A DNA stretch of 64,000 nt from the human T2T-CHM13v2.0 reference genome, Homo sapiens. The stretch lies in assembly GCF_009914755.1 (NCBI RefSeq), contig NC_060929.1, one strand, 5' to 3'. Positions 15,548 to 30,276 of this stretch are shown here, one piece after another (the stretch's first letter is position 1; every line of letters starts with the position of its first letter). Made by a program: the position numbers and the translations under genes. A model generated the notes under the pieces. The model saw only the letters and a program-made list of their open reading frames with translations. It did no database searches and had not been told where the DNA came from.

Positions 15548-15816
15548 GGCCAGGAGTGGTGGCTCACTCCTCTAATCCCAGCACTATGGGAGGCTAAGTG
15601 GGGGCAGATCACTTGAGGTCAGGAGTTCGAGACCAGCCTGGTCAACATGGTGAAACTCCGTCTCTACTAAAAATACAAAAATTAGCCGGGCATGGTGGTG
15701 GGCACCTGTAATCCCAGCTACTCAGGAGGCTGAGGCAGGAGAATCACTTGAATCCAAGAGGCAGAGGTTACAGTGAGCCGAGATCATGCCACTGCACTCC
15801 AGCCTGGGTGACAGAG
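15548..15816 (+). mobile_element. AluS lacking its tail
   Basis: Alu consensus ending at gacagaga. Confidence 0.9.
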
Positions 15817-16112
15817 ATCACCCAGCTTTTGAAAATTATCTACTGATAAAACAGCTTTTGAAAATTATCTATTGCTTACCTGATTGTACTATAAGAGACT
15901 TGCTATCTCAAAATGTCATAAAATTCTCAGTGTTTTCAGATTATTTTTGTCCTAGAAAATAGCAGGGACGCAGCAGAGTATGCACCTTAAAAAGATTTTG
16001 CATACTTATGTTCAGAAACTGAAGATACAGATTAAAGTATGGTATCAAAGATCTAAAACACAAAGGGGAGTAAATTAGATATGTAATTAGTACTACCTCA
16101 AAAATTATTACT

Positions 16113-16409
16113 ATTATTGTTGTTGTTTTGAGACAGAGTCTCGCTCTGTCACCCAGGCTGGAGGGCAGTGATGCGATCTCAGTGCACTGCCACCTCTGCC
16201 TCCCGGTTCAAGTGATTCTCGTGCCTCAGCCTCCCGAGCAGCTGGGATTACAGACACGCGCCACCATACCTGACTAATTTTTGTATCTTTAGTAGAGACG
16301 GGGTTTCACCATGTTGCCCAGGCTGGTCTTGAACTCTTGACCTCAAGTGATCCACCTGCCTCGGCCTCCCAAAGTGCTGGGATTACAGGCATAGCCATCG
16401 CACCTGGCC
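16113..16409 (-). mobile_element. AluS
   Basis: Reverse Alu with a degenerate TSD (ctcaaaaa..ttacta). Confidence 0.9.
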
Positions 16410-16880
16410 CTCAAAAAATTACTACAGATGTGGGGGTTTGTCCAGTAGGACTTGAGAGAGAAGAAATGTATATGTGATTAGTAAAAGTACTATTTTTGTA
16501 AATAAATATTATAAAAGAAAGAGAATGCTGAGGCATTTTGGCATGGACTAGGTAGATTAGGTGAAAGGTGGTTTAACATGCTATCTCCTATAGCACAAGT
16601 CATCTGTCAGCTAAGGATCCTAGGTAAACTATGAAGGGAGATGAGGGTTAAGGATATCATAAAAGGCTATGGATGCAAAAAGAGGGGGCTATAAAAAAAT
16701 CAGGGGAGTTACAAAGTTTAAACTCAGCAGAAGAATACCCAGGAGAAGGTGATCAGGAGTTAAGGGGTTCGAGCAATGACCCTGCTAGAAAAATGTTGTC
16801 TTGTTTCATTTTCAGTGTTTCCAGGAAGGCTCATTCATTGAGGTGAAGTGTGGATATGAAAAATGAGCACTCCACACATA

Positions 16881-17617
16881 CAGCAGTGCTTCTTCATCCG
16901 AGGTTTGGCTTTCTGTGGTTTCAGTTACCCACAGTCAACCATGGTCTGAAAATACTGAATGAAAAATTCCAGAAATAAACAATTCATAAATTTAAATTGC
17001 ATGCTGTTCTGAGTAGCATGATGCATGATGAAACCTCACATCATCCTGCTCCATCCTGCCTTGGACATGAACCATGTCCATCCCATCCACACTGTGGGGC
17101 TATCAGCCCATTAGTCACTTAGCAGCCAACTAGGTTGTCAGGTTGACTGCTGCAGTATTGCAGTGCTTGTGTTCAAGTAACCCTTATTTTACTTCCTAAG
17201 GGCCCCAAAGGTTGTAAGCAAAGGTGATGCTGGCAATGTGGATATGCCAAAGAGAAGCCTAACGTGCTTCCCTTAAGTGAAAAGGTGAAAGCTCTCAGCT
17301 TAAGGGAAGAATAAAACTCATAAGCCAAGGTTGCTAAAATCGACTGTTAAGAATGAATCTTATATTCATGAGATTGTGAAGAAGGGGAGAAGGAAAAAGA
17401 AATTCATGCTAGTTTTGCTGTCACAACTCAGACTGAAAAGTTACAGCCATAGTGCATAAGTGCTTAATTAAGATGGAAAACGCATTAACTTTGTGGGTGG
17501 AAGACATAAACAGAAACATCTTCCAATTGACCGCAATCAGGTTCAGTACTATCTGCAGTTTCAGGCACCCACTGGGGGTCTTGCAATGCATCCCCCACAG
17601 ATAAGAGAGGACTACTA
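16881..17617 (+). mobile_element. MER44/Tigger7-type Tc1-mariner non-autonomous DNA transposon
   Basis: Degenerate TIRs (cagcagtgcttcttcatcc ... gataagagaggactacta) flanked by TA. Confidence 0.75.
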
Positions 17618-17659
17618 TATATGTTTTAAAATAACAGGATACACCAAGGAAGGGAGTTA

Positions 17660-18929
17660 ACTCCAGAGTGGCAGAATGACAGCCTTCAAAAACCGGCATT
17701 AAAGCAATGAGAACACTAACAACAACTGTCAGAATTAACTTTTTCATAATTCTGGAAATTAAAAGCTTGCAGCAAGCCAAGGAGCATTTATTCAAGAAAA
17801 ACAGCTGAATCTCAGTAAGAGCAGTGAGCTTTGTGGTGTTAGAACTTGTGCTAATTTCAACCCTCTCCCTGTGGTAGCCTTGAAAAACAACTTCCTCTCA
17901 ACTCTGGTCAGTTCTGAAAACCAGCAGGAGAATAGCCCCGAGAGGAGGAAAAGAAGTTTGCAGCTTCCCCCAAAATCCCATCCCCAGAGAACTGTCATTA
18001 TTTAGCCTGTCTGGCAGCTCCCTGAAAGGCTCCATTCTCAGGGCTTGTCTTTCTGACTCAGAGCTCACTTTGCTCTAGCCCTAAATTGTTGATTTAATAA
18101 AAAAAAAAAGGCAATATTTTATCGCAGCTGTCTTAGGTGGTGTTATTTATTGCAGCTCATAAGATGCTGACCAAAAAACTCAAAAGAATAAACTGGGGAA
18201 TGGGATATCCATAGGGGACTTTGAAAAGCTCCAACATATTCCTGAGAATTTTTTTTGCAACTCCTGAGAAGGCAACGCACACGCACACACGCAGGGCAGT
18301 ATGAATGCCTGGGAGAGATCTGTAAAGGCCCTCGTCTCTCACCTCTGGCTGACCTTGAGGCTCTTCACAAGCAAGAAGTTAAGGCATATAGTGCCTCAGA
18401 AAAAGATGGGAGATTTATTGGTTCAAGGCATTTAAGGGCCAGGCGCAGTGGCTCATGCCTGAAATCCCAGTACTTTGGGAAGCTGAGGCAGGAGGATAGC
18501 TTGAAGTCAGGAGTTCAAGATCAGCCTCAGCAAAATAGCAAGATTCTATTTCGACCAAAAATAAAAAATTTTGCCTATAGTCCCAGCTACTTGGGAGACT
18601 GAAGCAGGAGAATCACTGGTACCCCAGAGTTCAAGGCTGCAGAGTTCAAGGCTATGATCACACCACTGCACTCCAGCCTTGGCAACAGAGTGAGACCCTG
18701 TCCCCTAGATTAAAACAAACAAGCAAACAAAAAAAAAAGGTATTTAAGGACATTTCTGTCCAATCATTAGCTGAAGCTAACTCAGCTGACTTCGGTGGCT
18801 GCACATGCCAAAGAATACAGATTTAATTTAAGAAAATCATTAAACAAACAGCAACAATAACAAGCCCAGGACTGAGGGATCCTGAGGAGTCCTGGGAGTT
18901 GTCACATTAAATTATTTAAAATGTCCAGT
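17660..18929 (+). mobile_element. Old L1M 5'-region fragment interrupted by an AluJ (18437-18738, +)
   Basis: L1M-type motifs (attatttaaaatgtccagt) and an internal Alu dimer. Confidence 0.55.
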
Positions 18930-19601
18930 ATTTTTTTTTAATTTTACACGTTTATTTTCATTAAAACTTATTTAAGTCACTTTGGACCCAGCATGTCCTT
19001 AGGTTTTACCCATTCATCAAACTGCTCTGCTGTGAGAGAGCCAAGTTCAACGGCAGTTTCCTTTAAGGTTGATCCATTTTGGGGTGTTGTCTTAGCAATT
19101 CTGCTGTTTTGTCATACCCTATATGAGGGTTGAGAGCTGTCACCAGCATTAGCGACTAATTCATTAGCTTCTTGATCCTTTCTTTATTGGTCCGGATTCC
19201 CACTATTTAGTTTTCTGTGAAGGAAACTGAAGCATCCCCCAGCAGCCTGAGTGTAACATAAATTTTTAATCATCATTGGCTTGAAAACATCCAACTCAAA
19301 ATGGCCATTGCCGCCTCCAACGGTTACTGCCACACAAAACCCCATGACTTGGGCTGCAACGATGGCCATTGCTTCACACTGACGAGGGTTTGCCTTGCCT
19401 GGCACGATACTGCTTCCTGTTGTATTTTCAGCAAGATCAGTTCTCCCAGACCTGGCCAAGGACCAGAACTCAGAAAATGAATATCATTTGCTATCTTCAT
19501 CAGACTGCAGGTGGCAGTGTTCATGGCTCCACAGAGCTCCACCAGAGCATCATGAGCAGCCAGAGCTTCCAATTTATTTGGAGCAGTGACAAAAGGCAAG
19601 C
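18930..19601 (-). pseudogene. 5'-truncated processed pseudogene of fumarate hydratase (FH), C-terminal ~210 codons plus 3'UTR and poly(A)
   Basis: Translates as [22 protein letters not shown]..., then after a frameshift [17 protein letters not shown]...[16 protein letters not shown], and ends ...[10 protein letters not shown] (stop 18979-18977). It is intronless, with AATAAA at 18956-18951 and an A tract at ~18939-18931. Confidence 0.95.
19324..19451 (-). CDS. AMACR: AMACR alternative terminal exon inside the FH retrocopy (type II isoform, coding part)
   Basis: Acceptor ttctggtccttggccAG at 19453-19452. Joined to exon 4 it reads [12 protein letters not shown]...WGFVWQ*, giving 288 aa. The exon is ~521 nt to the poly(A). 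This matches the known AMACR IIA architecture. Confidence 0.75.
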
Positions 19602-20568
19602 TTTTTAATTTCTGGACAGAGAGGTACCCTTTATGATCTAGATAAACCATTGTGTTCTTCTATAGTTTTTCCAACTATATTTGAATAGGTGAAGTTAATA
19701 TGTTTAATCATAAAATGCTCTCAGATGCTTGCAAAAACAATTACTCCATCAGATAAGAACACATCAAAAATTTGGAAAATTTAAAAAAAGTCATTCCAGC
19801 TATATGCAAATAACTTTTAGTATATGCATCTGAAAAGCTACCAAACGTAACAATGAAACTCTAAACTTGTAGTAGAAAGGTAAATGCACTGTGATCAGCT
19901 TTCACATCACTTCAGAGTATATTCTAAAACTTCTTAGATTCTACATTATTTATAGAGTGAACTCTAAATTCAAACATTTCTCAGGAACAAAACGACTCCC
20001 ATCCAATTATTTAATTAGGGAAGAAGAGATCCCAAATTTTCTTGCTAATTTATGACAACTTGCCAAGCAGGCAAGAATCTGCAAGACAGGTCATCTGCAA
20101 AGGCATAGTGATATAGTAACATATTCTAACAGAATCTCATTTGGCAAAATCTTTCCATGCTCTGGTGACTTCTGACATTGAAGTGCCATAAGGGACATCT
20201 ACCAAGAAATAGGAGCTGGTAGAATATTGAATGGAAAGCAACCCATGTGAGATCATTTCTAGGGAAGAGTAAGATCTGGGCACACAGGGTCAAGATTATC
20301 CAACACAAGGAGTGAACTGTAATAAAAGCACCGAACATCCTACAAAAGGGATTATTATTTTTAAAACCCTCAGCTATTTTATAGACTAGTAAGACTGCTG
20401 GTCAATTTAAAAGCCATGGAAAATGCCCCACATTATATTGATGGCTATAATTAGGTTAATTAGAAAGTGGCTATATAATAAAAGACATCCTAGATGCCAA
20501 AAGTCTTTAAAATAGAACCAAAGAACATCCACAGCAAAAGGGGAACTGGGGGAGACGCGTGAAGTTCA

Positions 20569-20829
<261 letters not shown>

Positions 20830-22405
20830 TCAAGTTAAAAAAAATTTGCGTAAAAATTCTTATCTTAGAGTATACGAAGATTCTACCTAATTACACAACT
20901 TCTCTGGTATTTCCAGAAAGTGAGTTAGAGCAGTTTGTGTTAAAATAACAATTGGCTGCACTATTCAGTTCCAAAAATACTATAAGACTTAGAAGAAATG
21001 ACCTTTGCTTTCCATTTCAAATAAGATTGGCAAAATGCTAGTGATTTAGCTAGGTGAGGGTACATGGAAGGTCACTATACTATTCTCTCTACTTTTTATA
21101 ATGTTAAAAACTGCCAAGATAAAAAGTTAAAAATTAAAAGAGCTTTTAAAAATCCATCTTCTGATCTCCATACCTATAAACACACACAGATGTATAAACC
21201 ATACCACATTTTAAAGGTAAATCACATAAGAGTAAAATTTGGCTTATTCTGGCTTGATTCCAATCCCAAGAAAACTGTATTTGAGTATTTAATGTATTTC
21301 ATAATCACTAGAAAGTTATAAAATAAACTAACAATATGGATGGCAGGTATGTGCATTTTCTGAGTCCAGGCAAACTGGTTTGGGAATGCCACCTTCCCAC
21401 TGAGTCCTAAAGTCATCTCATCACGCCACCTTCCCACTGAGTCCTGAAGTAATTACACAATAAAGTACAATTATCACAAGGCTCAAACTCAAAGGCTGAA
21501 GGCACTGGACTATTTGAAGAAGATGATGTTCTGACCTTTATGCCTTTTATGAGCCTAATGTCTCCAGCACCCCAGGAGGAAGGCCCTCAAAGCATCCTCG
21601 TCTCAAAAGCTACCAATAGAGCAGGCCTCATTCCAACTGCTAGCAATTTCTCAGTTACTGACTGTGGAACAACCACAAAATGTATCTTTGGATATATCCA
21701 ATTTTCCCTCTTAACTTGAAATTTCACGCACATCTGAATTTATGGCTGTGACATTTATTGTCACCAAATAGCTGAGTTCATGCAAGTGGCCTACGGCAGT
21801 GCCTTTTTTTGAGGCTGGATTACAGAGATATTAGAGTTCCACATTTATACACATACACACACACACATATATACACATATGCATGTATATGCGCACTATT
21901 TTAAATATATTTTATGTTTATGTTATTTAAGCACATATTTAAATGTATCCTATACCAAATTCTGACTCATCAGAGCCTCAACTCATTAACATTTGTTGCT
22001 AGACTTTAAAATAAAGCTTTTCCTTCCAATTTTGCATAAATCTTACCTTGTATTTGAAACACTATTGAGGAAAACCTTTGTTCTGCATGGTTCTCCTCTC
22101 CTCTTAATTTGTGCTGACTCATACAAAACCAACAAGTTAGCACCTTCAATAAGCAAGTGCCTGCTTTCCGCTCAAGCTTTACTTCTCTCAGAGCCTAACG
22201 CCGAATCAATAGGGCGGTAATAGATGAACTGGAAGCAAGCTTGTCATACAGTGCAAGAGAGAGTTTTAGCAGAGAGTTCTGAATACTGTTTATCTGGCTT
22301 TCATGTTCAGGCCAAAGAATGTGAGAAGTTTTTACACACTGTAGTGAGTCGACCTAGAAACAAAGTATTTTTGTTCTGCTTCATCATAAATGAAATGCAA
22401 TCTGA

Positions 22406-22601
<196 letters not shown>

Positions 22602-23131
22602 GTAAAAACTATGGATATTTTTAACTTATCTCTGTAACTCAGGATTTTCCTAACATCCAGTCAAAATGAAATACAGTAATAAACTGAATACTGAAAGCGA
22701 TGAGACAATCACCCATAAACTCTAACTTCCAGTGTTTGTGTTTAGCAGAACAGCTTCGTTGGTCTGACAAAATAATATATAAATATTGAATATGTAAACA
22801 TAAAATGTTTTATGCTAATAAAATACCCCTTTAATCTCTTTTATATGTTGAACGCCCTGATGAGACTGCTGAAAAATAGACGTGTTAACAGAGTTACAGA
22901 TCCAGTTGGGTCCACTCAGGACAAAAACAAGCTCTGGTCTAATCCTTAGCATCAGAGGAGGTACAGGACAAGAAATACAGCAGGAACCCTCCTCGTCTCA
23001 TCATAAGGCCTGGCAGTGGCTACCCTGGCACACGGCTTCTCTTGCCCCATCACTCATATACCATGCATGCGAGTGAAGAGCCCCCTGACACAGGGAAACC
23101 GCAGCCTCAATTTGCCACCAACCTTTGATAC

Positions 23132-23545
23132 TGTTAAAAGAAAAACTTTAGACAAATTAATTTAAGAGTTTAACTGAGCAACGAATGACTCATGAATTGG
23201 GCAGTCTGTGGAACCAGACTAGGTTCAGAGCGACTAGTGTAGCCCTGGGGCCAAAGAGGACTTATGGACGGAAAATGATGTACAGAAAACAGAAGTGAGG
23301 TACAGAAACAGCCGGATTGGTTACAAGTGGGCCTTTGCCTTGTTTGAACATGGTTTGAACAGCTGGCCGCCTGTGATTAGTTGAAGTACGGCTGCTGTGA
23401 TTGGCTGAGACTTGCTGCTTGTTACAAAAGCAGGTTACAGTCTGTTTACACATCCAGTTAGGTCACAGCTCATTATGTAAGAGAAACCTTTAGGTGGAAC
23501 TTAAAATACGTAAGGGGGCAGCTTTATGCTACCGTTAATTTAACA
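23132..23545 (-). mobile_element. MER57-like ERV1 solo LTR
   Basis: tgttaaaagaaaaactttagacaaattaa ... ttaatttaaca termini and several CCAAT (attgg) boxes. Confidence 0.7.
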
Positions 23546-23926
23546 ACGCTGTGCTCATCATGTGGGCTCAGATTGAGTGTAAATACAGCAAAACGCACTC
23601 CATATTCCAGAGTTATCTTAACTACAGTTTCCAAGGAAACAGCACTACAATAAGGCAGCCTCCAGCTCTTCACAGGCAGGCCCCGGTCTGGAATTCTGCT
23701 GCTAAACACTGTGAAAACTTTCGGCCCATTAGAAGGTATCTGCCTTCCCCTAATCAGCTTCTGCAATTGCCTGTGTCACAAGAGGTCCTAGTGATGAAGT
23801 AATGACTATGATTTACTGATTCTTTTAGCCTTGTGTAATTAGCAAACACTTACTAGCCCCTAATGGAAATATGAACCCAGAAGAAAGATTACAACATTTT
23901 CACATACCCTAAAACCTTACTATCTT

Positions 23927-24230
<304 letters not shown>

Positions 24231-24929
24231 AACCTTACTATCTTCTAATCATTATATAATTCTGATTAGCTACATTCTGCTGAAAGCAGCAATCACCTTT
24301 TATTTATATTTGATGATAATCAATTGCATCTCTTCAGTAAATTATTCAAATTATTACTAGAGAAGTATCTAGGCTCAAATTCTCCTTAACACTCCCAAGA
24401 CTCCATGTTTGCTCTTAGTTCATTCCTTTTGGACCCCAGGGACCATGCTCTTGGGGCAGCAGGGGAAGTTGTTGAAAGCAGTGGCTTTAGGGTCCAACTG
24501 CCTGGGGCAGTGCTTCGGACCCTTTCCCGTCATCTGCTTTAGAGGAAGGCAGTTAACCTCGCCAAGCTTCAAGTCTTCAATGCCAATGATAGTAGCACGT
24601 CTCCCTCAGGGAACTGTGTGGATCACAGAAGCCCTGTGGAAGGTACCGGTCTTGAGTTTGGCGGGTACTGGTATAAATCCGGTGCTGCTATCTCATGCAG
24701 CGACTATGCCATGAGTACGCCAAGAGCTGGCCCACAAAAGATAAACCACACTCCCCTGCTGCTGGTACACACTTCAGAGAGGGCACACTGGAAAGTGTGA
24801 GATGTGCCCTGATGACAGTGTCCCACAGGCACACACTCAGTACAGGGCTGGTCATGATTCACCATGAACAGGAGAAGGAAGCGCAGGCTGAAGCTTTGGA
24901 GATGAGGGGGTTTCTGGTAGAAAATGGAT

Positions 24930-25990
24930 TTTGTGAAGATCAGCCAGGACCCAATCCAGTTGACACTCTCAGTCTCTAAACTCTTGAGGTATCCACCAAC
25001 ATTTGACCCTGTGACCACTCCTTTCTTTGGTTTCCATGACAACACTCCATTCTGCTTCTCTCCTTAGCTGTCCTCAGCCCTTGCTTCTCTTTTCTGCCCA
25101 CGCATTCCTTAAATGCCGGTGTTCTATCCCCTTTCCTAGTGGATCACATAGTCTCATATGGCTCCCAAATAACTCCGAAATCTGTTTCCAGTCCCTAACC
25201 TCAAGTATCCCACCTGGATATCTGAAAGGCACTTTAAAACTGAAAAGACCAAAACTGAGTTCCTTTTCTTCTAGTAAAAATAACCACAATGACAAACTTT
25301 TACAGAGGGCCCACTGTACGCCAGGCACTGTTCCCACACTGAACAATGGATGAACTCATTGAATTCTCATAGCAACTAACAATGCTATGAGGTGGATGTC
25401 ATTATTATCTCCATTTTACAAAGGAAACTACAGCACAGAGAGGTTAAGTAACTTGCCCAAGATCACAGAGCTAGTAAATGGCAGAGCTGGGACGGAGGTA
25501 GTCAGCTGCCACTCTATGCTCTGACCACTGTGTTCAGCAGTCTTCCCTCAAGACACTAGCAGGTCATCTAAGCCAGAAACCTGGGAGCCAGCCTCAACTT
25601 CTCCCTCTTCGCTCCCTGTCAGTCCATTATCAATTCCCAGCAATTTTATACCTCAAATGTCCCTTCAATGCAAACCAACTCTACCATTAACTGCTTTAGT
25701 ACTTGCCCTGATCTCTTCAGCAATAACCCAGTCATTGGTCTCTGTACCTCCAGTCTTGTCTCCTCAGATCCATTCTCCATCCCACCTCCAAATGTCTGTG
25801 AAAATGCAAACACGCAGTGGTGGTGCTGGAGTGGGCTCTCTTACCCACTAGCTGTGAGATCTTGAGCAAATGGCAATGCTTCCGTTCCCTCCTCTTTAAA
25901 ACAACAAGGTATTCCAAATGCAGTTTTGAGAATAAGAAGAAATCACACAGGGAATGTGCTCAGCAGAACATGAGGCAAGCACTCAGTGGA
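24930..25990. mobile_element. L2 fragment with nested MIR elements
   Basis: L2-like body and a MIR core (aaggaaactacagcacagagaggttaagtaacttgcccaagatcac) at ~25420-25490. Confidence 0.6.
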
Positions 25991-26200
25991 TGACAGTGAA
26001 CAAACAGAAGTGTTATGATATCAGAGCATCCCCTATAAAACGCAGCAGGAAGGTTTAGACAGGGAGGTCCATTTGACCTTAGCATTCCTAAGAATTTTCT
26101 CTACCAGCTGAGGGAGACTTCTTGAACTTTTTTTGAATGACGACTGCTTGAAAATGATATACTAAGCACAAGAGATACTTGGGGAAAATTGTTGAAATAT

Positions 26201-26252
26201 TTAGGTTGGCAAATATTTGGCAAAACCTGCAATTACTTTTGCACCAACCTAA
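26201..26252. mobile_element. Internally deleted MADE1 (Hsmar1-derived MITE)
   Basis: ttaggttgg ... gcaattacttttgcaccaacctaa. Confidence 0.75.
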
Positions 26253-26455
26253 AACAACGTAGGAATCACATGAGTCACAGAAAGTTCAGAGAACTGACTC
26301 CAAGGACAGATGATCAAAATATGACATTCTAACAGATATATAAAAGACATAAGTCTATTTTAAAAAGAAAAGGATATCCTTGGTAACCTGGCTTGAAACT
26401 TCAAATGTCATTTATCTCTTGTCTTCTTCTTCAAAAAAAGGATTTTAAGCAGCTA

Positions 26456-26716
<261 letters not shown>

Positions 26717-27626
26717 TTAAAATAAATATGTGAGCATCTTAGAGGAATAATCAATCTCTCCAGCAGATAATCTAAGTGAAAGCTAGTATACATCACTTTT
26801 CCAAATCTGAGCTTAGTCAGTAAACTCATAAACAGGCTTTCCCTCAAGACAGGATCCTTGTTTTGTTGTTTTCCTCTCTAAAACCTATTCCAACCAACAT
26901 TTTCAAATATTGCTAAGTTTTTACTCACTTACTTTTGGAAAAGAAAATGATTATTTATTTTGTGGTTTTAAAACAGTAAATGCACTTTCATTCTTAGCAT
27001 AAAGAAATGTAAGAAAATACTTGCAGACAAGAAAAAAAAGGAATTTAATTTTTAAGTAGATGTGAAGAGACAATTCTATACCCACTTCTTTCCTCAACTT
27101 TTAAATGTGTACTCACAGAAAATCTGAAATGTCCTATAGTCAACAACACATGGTTCTTAGAATTCTGGAATCAGGCCTATCTCACATGTCGTCACAGGCA
27201 AAAACTCTAATAAAGTGATATTAGGACCTGAAAACCATGGGCTTTTTTTAGTGCTCATAGAAGTCTGAAACAATGACTCAGGCAATGATTCTCAATATGG
27301 TGGGTGGAGATTTCGGGGTCCGGGGGAGAAGTAGCTGTCAGAATCTAACTATGTCAACATTTTCAAACCACAGAGCAACCATCCGTAGTGCCCAGTAAGC
27401 CTCTTAATTCCTAGCAGGGGTTTGTCTGAGAATTGACTCAACAAATGTAGTAAATAAATGATAGTAGTGGGCATGTATTAACCTTCCAACCTGTTAAGGG
27501 ATGGGGTGAGGGAAGGTTGAGAATGATTGTTTCAAGACTCAAACCGATCCATTTTGAACACCCATGCTCTCTTGATTGATTCTGATAAATGTTTAAATTT
27601 TTACCTTTACAAATTATTGTTAATCA

Positions 27627-27833
<207 letters not shown>

Positions 27834-29505
27834 TTAAGAGAAAAGTAACGATCTTCTTAAGAGAGTATGAATTGAGGATGGAGATAATCCCTTCTCTGAG
27901 ACAAACATAAAATAGCACCATTGCAAGTAATATTAATAACATTTGCTGTAGGCTAATGGCATGTTTACAGCAGTTAAGGACTCAAAGAGTGAAGCCACCA
28001 TTTCTGGAATGTGTGGCTTCTTCCCAGGATATAATTTCTCCCAGTACATCTCTGTTTCCCTCTAGGTTTATCCAAGCCTATTTATTCAATCCCCAGAGCA
28101 GGGTCTCATCCCTTTAGTAAATCCCTTTTCTCTTTTTCTATACCGCATCAGTGTTTACCACATCCCACCTTAGCTGCACTTGCTTGTACATGCATACACT
28201 TATCTTCCCTATCAGCTCATGAGCTCCTCCTGCAGAATTTACACCTGATGTTTCCACAGGCGCTAAAGTGCCTAGCATCAGTACCTTCACGAAAAAGTTT
28301 AGCACCCATCTGCAGAAAGAGTGGTTAGTGACAATAGTACCTGAGAGTTTTTAAGCTATCAACAAGTATAGTATTTATAGCACAAACCCCAGGTAACCAG
28401 CACCTGAAATTTCCTGGGATTAAAAGTAATCAAAATTACATAATAAACTCACTATCTTTACCTTCCTAAGGCTAAAATAAATCACAGAAAACCTCTAGTC
28501 ATCTACCTAAACACCAGTCACAACTCCTCACCCGGAGGCTATATCCGTATTCCCAGCCGACCTTCCTCCTAATTACAAGACCTTGGACAAGCCTCCCTCA
28601 TCTTAAATGGAGCATTCTTAAATTATTACATAATCTTAATTATTAAATCATTATTGTTACAAGCCTCAAATACAGCTGTGAGGGTTAAATGAGTTAACGC
28701 ATTTAAATAAGCCGGCTGTGCCGTAGGCATTCATTCATTCACCATTTACCGATTTCCCACTATAGACCAGGCAATGCTTTGGATTTCTACTTGAACAAAG
28801 TTATTCTGGCAGCTGTCTGAGAATCCACTGGAGTGATACCAGCCCCAAACACCAGTTTTTAAAAGGCTGTCACACCAGTGTCAAGGCAGTTGCAGCAGGT
28901 ATGGAGAGAAATAGTCCGAGTGGGCTAAGGAGCAAAATGACTGTATTGATGATCATTGAAATTGGATGTGAAAGGAAGACTGGAGTCCATGATGAAGTAC
29001 AAGTTTGAGATTCAGGCATTCACTGAAATAAATAATACAGAAGGTGGAGATGCTGTTTTAGAAGGAAGAAGGAAAGGCTCATTTTGGGATTTGTGGAAGC
29101 TGCCTGGCGGGCAGCCTTGACGGCGATGCCCAGGACCTGTGTATGCCAGCGTCTGCCGCTCTGAAAGGGGGAAGTCTACAAAAAGGTGAAAATGATGGGA
29201 ATGGGTAACTGGGCTTCAGGGAGCAGATGCTGAGACTTAGAACGCCAGCATTTCAGGCAGGGAGGAGCGTTAGCCTGGGCCCGTGGATGGCTTGAGGGTA
29301 CAGCACTCCAAAACGGTAGCCGAATGACCGCCTATATGCAGTTTTCCAGGAAGGGAATCCTATGGCTTTCATTAGATTCTCACAGGGTTCAAGACCCTCA
29401 ATTAATTAAGAAAGGCAAATACGGAACGTTTCTTAGAAAAAAAAGGAGGAATTTGGGAAGGAGTCAGAGAGGCAAAAGGAGAAACCAGGCAACAGCAGTA
29501 TCTCA

Positions 29506-30276
<771 letters not shown>

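Noticed and set aside
19595-19620. The 5' end of the FH retrocopy seems to coincide with an FH exon start, and tgtccag/ctggaca flank the insert as an inverted pair
   Set aside because: No clear TSD is visible and the boundary is ambiguous by eye. A 7-bp inverted match can occur by chance. An alignment is needed.
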